64,000 bases of DNA from Octopus vulgaris. Its lineage: Eukaryota. Location: NCBI GenBank assembly GCA_951406725.2, contig OX597814.1, positions 33,542,001 to 33,606,000 on the forward strand, in the 5' to 3' direction. A program made the position numbers and the translations under genes. The notes beneath the pieces were generated by a model. The model did no database searches. It was not told the DNA's origin and saw only the letters and a list, made by a program, of their open reading frames with translations. Of this stretch, positions 1 to 13,965 are shown piece after piece (the first letter of the stretch is position 1; every line of letters begins with the position of its first letter).

Positions 1-312
1 GTTGGTGGTGACAATGGTGGTGACAGTGGTGGTGGTGGTGGTGATGGTGGTATTGGTGGTGATGGTGGTGGTGACGATGAATATTATGATGAATATGATG
101 ATGATGGTGGTGGTGGTGGTGACGATGAATATTATGATGAATATGATGATGATGGGTGGCGGTGGTGGTGGTGGTGGTCTCGGAAGTAGTGATAGGGGCG
201 GTGTTGGTAGTGGTGGTGATGATGACGATGGTTGTTGAAGTGGTGGTGGGGAGGCTGTGTTGATGATGATGAGGAGGATGAGGATGAGGCTGACAATGAC
301 GACGATGGTGAT
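1..312. repeat. (GGT/GAT)n low-complexity trinucleotide tract
   Basis: Degenerate GGT/GAT runs; explains the V/M/G-rich ORF 2..238. Confidence 0.9.
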
Positions 313-569
313 AAATCAGACTAACCACTATCCTCGACCACACCCCCAAAGTCCGGTTTCCACTTTCTTTCACGCTCCATACTGCGACCCAACCACTTCA
401 GTTTTCCAACCTGGGAACCTCTTCTATCAATGTAGGCTTTTGATTTTTGATTTCCACTTACATTCTCATATTTCTATAGTACTGCGTTGTTTGCAAGGAA
501 TTGTGTTGTGCCTGAATATATGCATGTTTATGCACAAATGCATACCTGTAGGTATATATGCATATATCT

Positions 570-742
570 CTGTATGTATGTATGTATGTATGCATATATC
601 CCTGTATGTATGTATGTATGTATGTATGTATGTATGTATGTATGTATGTATGTATGTATGTATGTATGTATGTATGTATGTATGTATGTATGTATGGATA
701 GGTATATTATGTAGGTATGTATGTATGGATAAATAGATAGAC

Positions 743-779
<37 letters not shown>

Positions 780-941
780 GGTAGATGTGTTTCTTTATTG
801 GCCACACAGGGCTAAACGCAGAGGGGACAAAATACAAAGTATAGCTTGGGGGGGGGAGAAAAAAAAAACGAAAAAAGGAAAAATGGGTGAGTAGAATTTC
901 GATCAAAAGAGATCGTAGATAGATAGATAGACGATAGATAA

Positions 942-998
<57 letters not shown>

Positions 999-1004
999 CA
1001 GGAC

Positions 1005-1041
<37 letters not shown>

Positions 1042-1275
1042 GGTAGGTAGTTAGGTAGGTTTGCATGTATGTATGTATGTATTATATTTAAATGATAAAC
1101 TTCTGGAAAGTTTTATAGTTCCATAATGAATTGGATCTGTAGTCTTCAAATTAGCTTTCTGCTTTTTGGTTTTGGGAAGCCTAATTTCTCAAGATTGGTA
1201 TTTAGGCAATGTGTTGTATGTATGTATGTATGTATGTATGTATGTATGTATGTATGTATGTATGTATGTATGTAT
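570..1275. repeat. Cluster of (TATG)n, (GACA)n, (GATA)n microsatellites
   Basis: Directly visible tetranucleotide arrays. Confidence 0.95.
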
Positions 1276-2541
1276 GTCAGGACACTGGTCATTCCTAGTG
1301 CAATTGGTAACATGTAATCCAATACCATTTGTCCCATGATCGTGAAGCCGCAACCATACCAGCATTATAATTTTAAAAAATATATAAGTAAATAAGAAAT
1401 AAATAAATGATCGACAAAATCCCTTAAGACGCACCCCAGCATGGCCGCAGCCCACTGTCTGAAACCAGTTAAGGAGTAACAGAAATACTATAGTAAGAAT
1501 TTGTTTCAATCTAGATCGGAAGCTTCCATCACTGAGACATAGGTTAATTTCGATACCCAATTTTAAACACCTGATGAATATTCTGCCCACAAAACTTCAA
1601 CAAGATGTGGAAATAAATGAGTTTTTCTTGTTATATTTTCTAAACCCATGGGGGTACTCTCACTCATAAATTATTAAACAAACAAAAGAATCGCTAGTTA
1701 ATGAAACCCTCGTTTAGCCTATTAGAAATAACAGTAAAATCACCCTCGAAATATAACCTACCTTCTAAGAAAAAAAACCACCTGACAATATGGTCTTTAG
1801 TGGTGTGTATGAGAGTAAGCGGAGATGGTCATAGATGGAAAATATTTGACCATAGGTCTGCTCAATCAAGGCCAACAAGAGGCGTAAAGAACATCAAAAA
1901 TATTTACTAGTAAGCCTAAACACAATCAGTTGACCGCGTATACATAAATGTCAAATCTCGCTCGTTTAGACTGCCATATTCTTGATAACGACTGACCATG
2001 GCTATATAACTACGACTAGTTAGACTCATCTTCAGTGATTATTCTTCGTCATAAACAGCACCACAGACTAGATTTGAACTGTCGTTCCTGCAGCTTTTTT
2101 GTAACGATACACTAGCCACATATACAGCTGCGACATCCTTAAAACGCTGATAGAAAAGTCTCTTGGTTTATTAAGAAAGAGACGGCGGTATTAGAAAGAT
2201 GCGAATTACGAAAAAGATTAATGAGCTACTGCATAATCGTTCCCCTGATAACAATTTCCTCTCGGCAGTATTACTTCTTGTGAATAAGTAGAATTGAGAC
2301 GTAAAAACAATTGTCAGAATACTTGTATTGAAAAAGATGGCAACAACTGAGAGAATAGATTTGCAGAATCGTTAGGAGAAATAAGGATAAAATGTCTACG
2401 GTATTTAGTTAGGCTCTTTCTTAACGTTCTGAGTTCAAATCCTCTCCGGACTAGCGCTGTGTTTGATACTTTTGCGGTAGTTAAAGTAAACTACGAAACA
2501 TATACTGGAGTCGGTTTGATATTCTACTAAGGCATCCTAGG

Positions 2542-2800
2542 GTGGAGGCGCGTGGCTTAGTGGTTTGGGTGTCAGCACCATGATCGTAAGATTGTGGTTT
2601 CGATTCCTGGACCGGGCGACGCGTTGTGTTCTTGAGCAAAACACTTCATTATAAGTTGCTCCAGTCCACTCATCTGACAAAAATGAGTATAGCTGCGATG
2701 GACTGGCGTCCCGTCCAGCTGGGGAACACTTACGCCATAGAAACTGGGAAACCGGGCCCTTGAGCCTGGCTAGGCTTTAAAAGGGCGCATTTATTTTTTT
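2542..2800 (+). mobile_element. tRNA-derived CORE-like SINE (family B; OR2-like)
   Basis: A box TGGCTTAGTGG, B box GGTTTCGATTCC, CORE-like TGTGTTCTTGAGCAAAACAC; TSD AAGGCATCCT on both sides; other copies in window. Confidence 0.85.
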
Positions 2801-3443
2801 TAAGGCATCCTTGAAGTGGACGAGATGCAGTGAGAAAAAAAAACAATTGGTGGTTTAGAATGGTTTTATCATTTGTGTTGAATGAAACAGATTACAGGTG
2901 AACTCTCAGGAAATATGATATGGCTTCGGTTCTTGTTCTTTAGAACATATTTCTTTTAGGTTTCTAAAAATGTTTCTTACGTTTTAAGTGAAAATTTGTT
3001 CTTATAAACAATACAATAATATTAATAATAGTAAACCAAATAAATTTTAATAAATAATAGTAAACCAAACCAAATAAAACCAAGTAAATTTAGTTATTAA
3101 TCATCTGATAGTAAACCGGCGTAGAGCAGAAGTTCCATCCCAGTGTATATCATTTCGATCCTCGGGTCTATATCCATTGGATTACTATTTAACAATCAAA
3201 AATAGGCAACGAAGCAACCTAAATGTAGATCACCGGATTTAAGGCTTTATCGTACTCATCCACGCAACTCTGCAGTCTAGATTCAATGATCACTGTTATT
3301 GTCGCCTTGGAGTGATGAAACATAGAGGCAATATTACTGGCATTTGATTGAATTCGATTAAATTGAAGAACAATTCAGTCGAAGAGTTTTATGAGTTAAA
3401 TAGAAGTAAAATCGGTTTGCCCATAACTCTGTGCAGACATTGA

Positions 3444-3742
3444 TTTTTATTATTTATGCGCCCTTTTCAAGCCTAGCCAGGCTCATGGGCCCGGTTTCCC
3501 GGTTTCTGTGGTGTATGTGCTCTCCCCAGCTGGACGGTACGCCAGTCCATCGCAGCGTTACTCAAGAAACAGGAAGAAAGAGTGAGAGAAGGTTGGAGCA
3601 AAAGAGTACAACAGGGGTCGCCACCACCCCCTGCCGGAGCGCTTTCGCTCAATAAACACACACAACGCCCGGTCTGGGAATCAAAACCGCGATCCTCCGA
3701 CCGCGACTCCGCTGCCCTAACCACTAGGCCATTGTGCCTCCG
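3444..3742 (-). mobile_element. tRNA-Arg-like SINE (family C; OR1-like)
   Basis: Reverse-strand head GGAGGCACAATGGCCTAGTGGTTAGGGCAGCGGA with B box; similar to copies at 5967, 37780, 48406, 55910. Confidence 0.85.
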
Positions 3743-4131
3743 CAGACACTGATGATGCAGCTTATATTCAGTTTGTACCTCTGCATGTCGATGTTTCTGC
3801 GATATCACATGCTTTAAGGTATTACAATTCATTGTTGTTGGACCTAGAGTGGTACAACTTCATTGTGTAACACTCATAGTTGACGTGGCCTGAGTAATAT
3901 AGGGGCAAAACAGGGACAATTTAGGGTTTGTAGAGCTACAAAAGTAGCAAATGGTTCGTATATTGGAACCACAAGTAAAACTAAGTTGTGTAAGAACCAA
4001 AGTAGAATGACTAAGTGATTAAGTCAATTGTACTCGACCAAATCTATCATTAAAGGAATTCCAGCAAAAAACCTGTTTGCTTTTGTTTTGTTTTTGATAT
4101 CTAATCCTACATTGACGAATGTTTCTCTCGC

Positions 4132-4232
<101 letters not shown>

Positions 4233-4506
4233 CTTAGGGCATTAAGATGATCGTGGTTTCAATGTCCGATTGTAGTGTTTTGTTGTTGTTGTTGTTGTTG
4301 TTGATTTTTATCCAGAGTTGACCCGAAAATGCAAACCTATACTTAGACATTCAGCAATATAGTTCCACAATCTCTACCAACAGCCTCAATAAATGCCACC
4401 ATCTCTTTTAATAGCTCCAATCCCCCAACTTCACATCCACCATCATCAATAAGCCACTAATACAATCACGATCACAACTACCACTAATTCTGCAACCACT
4501 ATTACC

Positions 4507-4920
4507 TATTTCTTTACTACCCACAAGGGGCTAAACACGGAGAGAACAAACAAGGACAGACAAACGGATTAAGTCAATTACACGACCCCAGTGCATAACT
4601 GGTACTTATTTAATCGACCCCGAAACGATAAAAGGCAAAGTCGACCTATGCGGAATTTGGACTCAGAACGTAGCGGCAGACGAAATACCTATTTCTTTAC
4701 TACCCTCAAGGGGTTAAACACAGAATGGACAAACAAGGACAGACAAACGGATTAAGTCGATTATATCGACCCCAGTGCGTAACTGGTACTTATTTAATCG
4801 ACCCCGAAAGGATGAAAAGCAAAGTCGACCTCGGCGGAATTTGAACTCAGAACGTAGCGGCAGACGAAATACGGCTACGCATTTCGCAAGGCGTGCTGAC
4901 GTTTCTGCCAGCTAGCCGCC
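4507..4920 (-). mobile_element. tRNA-derived SINE family A (GGCGAGCTGGCAGAA head, Meta-like central domain), internally duplicated
   Basis: Head, B box GAGTTCAAATTCC and central GTCGACTTTGCCTTTCATCCTTTCGGGGTCGAT; 19-bp TSD TTCTGCAACCACTATTACC at 4488-4506 and 4921-4939. Confidence 0.9.
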
Positions 4921-4971
4921 TTCTGCAACCACTATTACCGCTATCCCCAGCACACTACCATCTAAAACACA

Positions 4972-5279
4972 AATAACAATTGCCAGGTTTGGCACAATGC
5001 CACTAATAACAATTGGTAATCTCAGTACAGTACCACAATATCAATTGGTAACTTTCGCACGGCACATCAAAAACAATTATTAAAATTAGGAAAATAATAA
5101 CTGTAAGAATATTTAGTGATCTTGGTACAGGACCACAATAACAATTACTCACCTCGGCAGAGCTCTTTAATAACAATTGCCAACCTTGGCACAAATGCCA
5201 TGAAATAACAATTGCTAACATCACAAATACCAATTGGTAAACTAGGCACAATTCCACAATTGCCAACCTTGGTACCGTG
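4972..5279. repeat. Degenerate ~32-35 bp minisatellite with conserved AATAACAATTG core
   Basis: About 9 recurrences of AATAACAATT(G)-like motif separated by variable, partly related spacers. Confidence 0.75.
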
Positions 5280-5966
5280 TAATACAAATTAAAAGACAAA
5301 AGTGAAGTAAACTGAAACGCCCTCTATAGTTTATTTATAAACCAGGTTAAGATGAAAGATCAAATGATCCTAACGGTGTTGAAAGTATCAGCGTGAAGTA
5401 TTATAAGTAAATTCAGGAAAACAGAAATTCATCGAACCAAGACGGTAGTTTTCGCGTGACAGGTCACACTGCAATAAATAGCAGCAAAATCACAACCAAA
5501 TCATCATATTCTACTGACTTAGAAACACTCTGAACAACATAATCTTGATGAAAGATGGAAAGGTCACGGCTGTAATTTTTCTCATTATAAGTTTACTCGA
5601 TGAGAAGGGAACAAACGTTGCTGATAACGGCCAACGGTTGAAAACAAAAATTCACTTGAGGGAATTTCACATGCTCTTTTTTAATTCCACAGAAAGAGTT
5701 GAACTCAGCACAGCAGGCTAACGAAACACTTGTCAAATGTACAGAACTACCACTGCTTACCATGGTATCCTCTTTAACCATTCGGTACTTACTTGAAAAT
5801 GATCTGACAAACTTTGGGAAGCAAATATATTATTAGCCAAGATAATAAGGTGTTAATGTTGCTTGAAATCGAACTGCTAACGTCCTAGCTTCTCGTTCAC
5901 AGGGAAATTAAGTAGACCACCTGTGCAGTTGCTCTTTACATTGCGATTGATCAATATATCGTAAAT

Positions 5967-6284
5967 CTTCTGTCTGTCACCCTTTTCAAGCCTAACCAGG
6001 CTCATGGACCCGGTCTCCCGGTTTCTGTGGCGTATGTGTTCCCCCCAGCTGGACGGGACGCCAGTCCATCGCAGCGGTACTCAAGAAACAGGAAGAGAGA
6101 GTGAGAGAAAGTTGTGGCGAAAGAGTACAACTGGGATCGCCACCCCCCACCCCCTGCCGGAGCCTCGTGGAGCTTTTAGGTGTTTTCGCTCAATAATCAC
6201 ACACGACGCCCGGTCTGGGAATCGAAACCGCGATCCTCCGACTGCGACTCCGCTGCCCTAACCACTGGGCCATTGCACCTCCAC
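5967..6284 (-). mobile_element. SINE family C
   Basis: Near full length; TSD ATATCGTAAAT on both sides. Confidence 0.88.
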
Positions 6285-6434
6285 ATATCGTAAATAGTAA
6301 CTTCAAAATTATTCCCATCAATATGGTTGCTATTTCCTCCGTTCCAATACTCATTAATAACTACATTATCGTTTGCAACAACGTTAAAATAATAGCATTA
6401 AAATTAATAGTAATATTTCTAATATTTCTCACAG

Positions 6435-7130
6435 CCGCAAATATGCTACGAATCTTTCTATTCTTCTGCATCATTAGTGTAGTGCTTCATACTTATGGCT
6501 CCTCGAGTAGCGACCATTTATTTGAAACCGTATTTCAGATAAAAGTTTCTGTCATTAAGGCAAATATCTAAACATAAATACACGTATTGCTACCAGGCTC
6601 TAGGCGCCTGCCATTGCATTTCATTTGACTGCATAAACAATAGTTGACAGTAAAATCCAATTGAGATACGCCAGCAGTACACTGATGTTTTCATGATGAT
6701 GTTCGCTATCTTGGTACGTTCAAGTACGATGGTAGGATATTGTTTTTCTATTTCTTTCGTAAACTGAGACTCTTTAATTAAATTCACATGATATATTATG
6801 ATTTTAATATCTTCTTGATGCTTACCAGAGAAGAAAAACTGTCAGAATACATTCTTAATCCATATGATAAATCTATAAAGGTAAAAAGCCAGGTGTCGTG
6901 TGCTTAAAATTCAGTATTATTCCAGCAAACAGAAAACTGTCTAAACTTTCCTTTATTGTCTTGGAAATCGAAAATATTAGCAACTCTAAACAGAAATATG
7001 CTGATTCTTTCATGCTATATGCAATATGAATATGCATATGGTCGGCTCAGGCGGGTGATGAGTCCAATAGGTAACCGATAAGTGATACACTTAGAGACAA
7101 ATCTGTTTCGACTACATTGATTATGATACT
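6435..7130 (+). pseudogene. Possible decayed secreted-protein gene (signal peptide + PAN/apple-like + fibrinogen-C-like start)
   Basis: Acceptor TTCTCACAG, then MLRIFLFFCIISVVLHTYG (ATG 6443); frameshifted CxxxLGACHCISFDCINNS*Q*N; donor GTACGT; small exon 6828-6880 (KKNC..EYILNPYDKSIK|GT); then ICNM..GSGG*..VQ; stops and frameshifts present. Confidence 0.3.
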
Positions 7131-7426
7131 GTGGATTAAAACTGAACTGTGCTACCATGCAACGGTCTACCGTAAAACACTGTGGCCTGACTACCTCAAA
7201 GGACTCCAGCCGAATGATTTAACTTCCTTTCTTGTTGGATTAGTAGGATTAAATCAAGATCTAATCGAAACCCAGAATATGAACAGTGATTTGTGCTGCA
7301 AGAACGACTGGTCATCAAAATCAAAACCAACATGAGGAAGCAAAAAGAACAAAGACACCTTCATGCGTGCTTAGAATGCACGAATGCTAACAGAAGAATT
7401 ACATATCGCAGCTATAGATTACGATA

Positions 7427-7796
7427 TCTTTATATATAAAAGTCAAGTTGTGTGTCTGTCTCCTACGATTTAGACTCCTAACTACTCCCACATTTTGCGG
7501 TGCAGCTTAACCAAAACTGGGTATCTTATAGTCGTGATTCATATCGAGCCCTTCTGGGGATTAGCTCGCGTCTACGATGAGTCTACGATTTTAAAAGAAA
7601 TTTACCATAATTTTTTTCCATTTTAATGCATTTTTTCGCTATTATATAAGGGAAGTAATTCTCTAAAAATGTCTACGATGAGTCAACGATTTTTAAAATA
7701 TGCATTTTTTTTGCTATTTTTTGGCTATAACTCTCTAAAGATGCTTGTATAGTTATTTCCTTTACAAACCCGAGCAACGCCGGGCGATACTGCTAG
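7427..7796 (+). mobile_element. Non-autonomous Helitron
   Basis: 5' TC start after A; 3' hairpin CCCG-AGCAACGC-CGGG (7769-7784) then CTAG|T; no TSD. Confidence 0.85.
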
Positions 7797-8671
7797 TAAA
7801 AATATAAAATACAACATAAGAGACATCAACGGAGTTATGGCAGTAGTGGCGGGGGCGGGGTGATGCTGGTGATGGTGGTGGCGGTGGTGGACTGTTATCA
7901 TTTTTCGATGTCGGAGTTGGATTTAGGATTTTAAACTCAGAATATACAAAGCTAGAAACATATACCATACCGCAAGGCATTTGAATCCAAAGTTCTAACA
8001 ATTCCACTAATTCATCTCTCAGAACATGTATTTTATATATACCGCCCCTGCCCCGCCTCGGAATATGAACGGCAAAATTAAATGCGATGGGATTTGAACT
8101 CAGAGCACAGAGAATCGGAACTCTAACAACTCTATCATTTGCTATATCTCCGTCAACGACAGGGATATCGTTATACCAATGTCAACGATCTTTAAAAAAA
8201 AAAGACATCATTAGCACAAGGCCATGATGTCCTTGTGCTAATGTTAAAAACCAATATTATTTCATGAGAGATTTTCTAACCATTTCAAACTTTGTATCGC
8301 AGAGTTGCTAAATCGGAGGGGTGAGGTTGTTAGAAATTTAAACGGTCACAGCTCAATACTTGTTATTTCTTTATCATTGGCAAAAACTACAAGTTTTTAG
8401 AAGAAAGATTATGTTGAATGCATGAACTGTATCATGGTGCGTTGCAATGGTTCTCAGCGTTTGCAGATGAAAGCACTTTTCATGGCACTGCTTTCATTAA
8501 CAGATATAATAGTCCAGAAGAAATTTTGCGTTCTTTTATCCATCAGCTCATTTTTTCTTTTTTTTTTTTTTTTTCACGTTACCTTATCCATCCCGCAGGA
8601 AAGAAAAGTAAACTTTACTGAGATGGAGTTCTAAATGAGAAAACCCAACGAAATACTTGTCCAATTCACTC

Positions 8672-9030
8672 ATTCTTCTTTTCTTTCGCGCGTCATGCTA
8701 ACAGGCGTCAACAATCATGAACTTCCACGCCCACAACTTACCGCATTATTGAACAGGTCTTTCTAAAGTCAGCTCAGCTAGTCAAGCCATCAAGCATCTT
8801 TTCTTTCTGTCTTTACTAGCTTCCTCTTGTCAGGCTCCCGTGATCAAGTCACAGTCACCAAGAGCTCAAGCCTTTTTTTATCACATAATGTCAAATGAAT
8901 TGAACCTGTTATCTCACTTATGCCATTCAGAAGCATTCTAGAGGTCTTTGTACGTCCTATAACTTCGATGTTTGTCATTCTACCTGCAGAGGAGCGTAGG
9001 ATACTTTCAACATTCGTCTAGTGTCCTTAC
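8672..9030 (-). mobile_element. RTE-clade LINE 3' end fragment
   Basis: Minus-strand decayed peptide ..RMTNIEVIGRTKTSRMLL..RLELLVT.. resembles RTE ORF C-terminus; ends in short (GAA)n tail. Confidence 0.55.
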
Positions 9031-9860
9031 ATATACACATACAAATAATCTTTAGCGTATTATATTCGTTTTCTCAATTGTCCTCAACATTTTCCAACTC
9101 TATCCAGGTGTTAATGTTTTTCACTTCAAATAAAAACTGTTAATTTACTAACATGTGTGGAATCTGAGTTGCGTGTCTCTCTACATCTGGGTGCATATGT
9201 GTATTTGTCTATATATGTGTTCGCGTGTTCGTGTATGTGTATATGTATGTGTGTGTGTCTGTGTCTGCGCTTCAAATCCCTGTTGGGTTGCTAAATATTG
9301 GATTTTATACTGGATTCTCTTTTGCCACACAGGTAGCTCGACTATTTTCTAATTCCCACTCTGCCTTACTTTTACTTAGCAGCAGCTTACCGAAGACACG
9401 AAAAGAGAGTGTTAAAGCAGTCGTTATTATTTTTTCTTATATATTTTATTTATTCTGTTTCCCTTCTAATATTCTTATTTAGTTATGTTTTCTTTGCTTC
9501 GCGAAATTGTGAGGATATAAGTATGAGGCGACAACTGTCTAAACGAAAACATTCGTGTCTATGTAAAGAAACTTACATAATTAGATTCGTCTTTTTCAAA
9601 AAGTGAATATCCTCCAACTTAGAGGAAAAAAACATCTGAGAAAAAAAATAATTTGAAAATTCTAATTATATTATAAAATTTCCTTCTTTTAATGTTTAGT
9701 TGATTGCTTATAAAACTATAAAACAAAGAAACTTTGGGGTATATATATATGTGTGTGTGTATGTATGTACATACATACATATTCGTACACATACATATAT
9801 ATATGTATGTGTACGAGCGAGTGTTTGCATGGGAGAGGAAGAGAGAAAAGTGTGTGTGTT

Positions 9861-9935
<75 letters not shown>

Positions 9936-10267
9936 ATCTGTGTGTGTGTGCATGTGTGTGCGCCGCTTTCTGGATTTTTGGGGTGTCTTTTTATAGTTAC
10001 ACATTTTTTTTTTTTCCTAATTCATTATTTTTCCAAACGGATAACAAATAACTGGCCGCAGTCCAATGACTGAAACATGTAAAAGAGTAAAGCACACACA
10101 CACAAAAAAAAAATTTTTTAACGCACACACATACGTATATACTTACATACACACGCGCGCATACACCTACACACATACATACATGTGTGTATGTGTGTAC
10201 ATATATACACATACATACATATATAAATATATATATACACACACATATACACGCGAACGCGCACACG

Positions 10268-10321
<54 letters not shown>

Positions 10322-11392
10322 AAATTGTTTTGTTTAATGTATATATTGTTTTGCATTGTGGAGTTTTTACCTCTTCCGAATTAATATTTTTCTACAATAG
10401 AAACGAGTATACTGATTATGAAAAAAAAACATAACAGTATATATGTTATTATTGCTCTTGTTGTTTCTATGTATTATTATCAATATTCATTTTTCCCCCT
10501 CATCCCCGTTTACAAATTTCTATTCGTCTTTTTTTTACGTTCGTTAAGATCGTTAAGAAATTTCATTTTTTCCTTAATTCTATACTCAAGATTTCGAAGC
10601 ATTGTCTCCTAGATATCAATTTCATCATCTTCTTTTTGCTCTTGTTCTCTTTCTAATCATCATCATTGTCATCATTGATATAGTTGTTTTTGTTGCTGTT
10701 GTTGTTGTTATTGAAATTGTATTTTTACCTTTGTGTGTGTTTTTTTTTTGTTTTTGTTTTTCACCTATAATTCAATTTTTATACAATAGACAAATAACGT
10801 CACAAATCAATATTAAAACGTTTCTTTGAATAAATATATACATATGTGTGCATGTGTGTGAATAAATTTTATATATATATACATCTGCATATATGTGTGT
10901 GTGTTTGTGTATGTGTGTATGTATGTGCGTATGTATGTGTGTATGTATGTCTGTATGTGTATGATTTAAAAAATCGATTCCCCACTCAAACGCCCCCCGA
11001 CGAAAACCGAATTCATGTTTTCATATATGGAATCTGGGTTGGAGAACATGGGGAAAAAAGTATATAGAAATAACCATCAAATAGAATGGAATTTTCAGTT
11101 AAATATATATCTGTAAAGAAGATTTGTGTGCTGGAATTCGATTAAACCATTAGAATCTATGTATATAGGTATATTAAATATAATATAAGTATTGATTGAT
11201 ACTAACTAAACGCTTTTTTAGTGATATTCTGTAGTTTCTAATTATGCCGCATACGTCATTATACGTCCACAATGATAAACATACAAATTTATGCATTCAT
11301 ATATACATATGGGTATAAATGTATATGTATGTGTGTATATATATATTTCTCTACGTTTATATATTTGTGTCTGCTAGAGTGTGCGGGTACGT

Positions 11393-11900
<508 letters not shown>

Positions 11901-12239
11901 TCATCCGTATCTATGTAAACTTGTGTAAGTGCTGTATATGTTAGTATGTGTGTGGGTGTGCGTTTCAGGCTTTCATTCCTAAGTGAACAAGGAATTCTCC
12001 CCTCAGGGCTGCCATAGTACCGCCGTTCTGTCGATTACTTCCAAAGTATTGTTAATTGGAATCCGATACTTTAGTAATTTAACCACTTAGTTCCAGAGAA
12101 GAATGGTTGCTTCAGGCGAAATATCTGAACAGGACAAGATGTCTACCTTCATTATTATGCGTCGAAATTTACTGTCGTCTGCGTTCAACAATAATATATA
12201 TCTTCATACACACACGTATCTATCTAACTATCTATCTAT

Positions 12240-12290
<51 letters not shown>

Positions 12291-12919
12291 CGTGTGTGTG
12301 TGTGTGTATCTCCACACACACATATATGTGTGTGTGTATATGTGTGTTGTGTGTATGGTTTTCTTTCTTTTATCTGTGTCGACTAGTTAACAATGCTAAT
12401 TAGAGAAGGGACGACGTGTAAATAGTTGGTTGAAGAGTTGCTAGAATCTCGCGATTTTACTACAGAGCGAACAGAACAACTTCACTCGTAATGATGTCTC
12501 TGATTTAAAAGGAAAAAAAATCTATTGTATATACGTAGATATTTCAACTAAGCGAGAAAATTTAGCTCAAGTTAACACAGTTCTCTTTTAATGTCTTTCT
12601 AACTAATTGCTTTGCTTCAATAATTTTTGGTGATATAGTTCAGGCGTGAATCTACATCACTCTTATTATATCTTATTTTATTTTGTAGCATTTGTTTTGC
12701 TTTACATTTTGTTTTATTTTTAATTTGAAGGGTAAAAGAATTTACTCGAGAACTCGCATTTAGTGTACCTTTCATATCTCCTTTTTCTCCACCCGTTTTG
12801 CTTTGGTTAAATGTGAATATATATATTTAATGTTACGCATGTATTCTTTTATATATTTCATTAAGTGGACTGCGGCAATGCTCTGACACTATCATTAAGG
12901 TTTTAATCAATCAAATGAA

Positions 12920-13050
12920 ACTTGGTACTTATTTTCTTTTTTTCAGTTAGGTACTTAGTTATCGGCCTATTTTGCCGAATCACTAAGTTACTGAGACATA
13001 AGTAAACCAGCGCAGGTTATCAAGTGGCGTGAAGACTAACACAAAGACAC
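12920..13050 (-). mobile_element. SINE family D 3' fragment
   Basis: Similar to the 3' half of the 26117-26612 element. Confidence 0.6.
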
Positions 13051-13159
13051 GCTTACACACACAAAAAACATGCATATATTCACGCACACTCTCTCACACA
13101 CACACGCACATATATGTGCGCGTGTGTGTGTATATATATATATATATGTGTGTGTGTGT

Positions 13160-13230
<71 letters not shown>

Positions 13231-13259
13231 AGAAAAAAGCAACAAGAATGGATTAGTTG

Positions 13260-13348
13260 TTCAGTACAATTGTTTCATTCGAAGAACAGCTTTATTAAAA
13301 GCTGCAAATATTGCAGCAAATACAAGTGTCCCGTATTCATCAGCCAAA
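13260..13348 (-). ncRNA. Type I hammerhead ribozyme (inverted copy)
   Basis: rc: TTTGG CTGATGA ATACGGG..TTCGAAT GAAAC AATT GTA CTGAA; core intact, one stem II mismatch. Confidence 0.65.
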
Positions 13349-13697
13349 ACACATATGAGTTTTCCAAACATCCTAGGGGTTGAGGCTACACTCATGAAGT
13401 ATCGAAGAGAGTTCTATGAAAAGCAAAGATAGATTGTAAGCAGACTTCAAATGTTCTCTAATGATGCACAGTTTTATAAAAGGTTTTTAAAAAAGTTTGT
13501 TAGCTTCACAGAAAAGGTAAATCCATCCATAATAATGCAGGTGTACTTTCCGGAGATAGGAGAAGAGATTTTATACTCAGAGAAGATGAATGTATCCATA
13601 ATAATATAGATGTAATTTCCTGATATATGCGAAGATGTTGATCACACTTCTATTCGTTTCACAAAACTACTAGGATGTTTGGAAAACTCATATGTGT

Positions 13698-13786
13698 TTT
13701 GGCTGATGAATACGGGACACTTGTATTTGCTGCAATATTTGCAGCTTTTAATAAAGCAGTTCTTCGTATGAAACAATTGTACTGAA
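13698..13786 (+). ncRNA. Type I hammerhead ribozyme, Penelope-type palindromic stem III
   Basis: CTGATGA 13703-13709; stem II ATACGGG/TTCGTAT; GAAAC 13770-13774; palindrome ACAATTGT; GUA site 13779-13781; stem I TTTGG/CTGAA. Confidence 0.75.
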
Positions 13787-13965
13787 CAACTAATCCATTC
13801 TTGTTGCTTTTTTTCTTGTTTATAATCACCCCACATTATTTTATGGTTAATACCATAAAGATTTCTGGTGCATCTAAGTTAAGTACCGCATTCATGTGAA
13901 TTCATTGGAACTCACTTGAATCTTAATTGTTTTTACTGAAATTATATATATATATATATATATAT

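Larger units (their letters stand above)
13228..13819. mobile_element. Penelope-like element remnant with inverted ~150-bp pseudo-LTR arms
   Basis: 13228-13376 is the reverse complement of 13670-13819 (about 3 differences); each arm has an HHR; abuts (TA)n. Confidence 0.7.

Noticed and set aside
1572-1620. CTGATGA on the plus strand (also at ~3749, 16272, 59052, 61194)
   Set aside because: Isolated heptamers with no stem II/GAAAC/NUH arrangement; two are SINE point variants
1950-2040. Minus-strand CTGAAGA as a hammerhead
   Set aside because: No GAAA box or NUH site with consistent stems
4972-5279. CRISPR array
   Set aside because: Eukaryotic context, repeat only ~11 bp and degenerate, spacers related to each other, no cas genes
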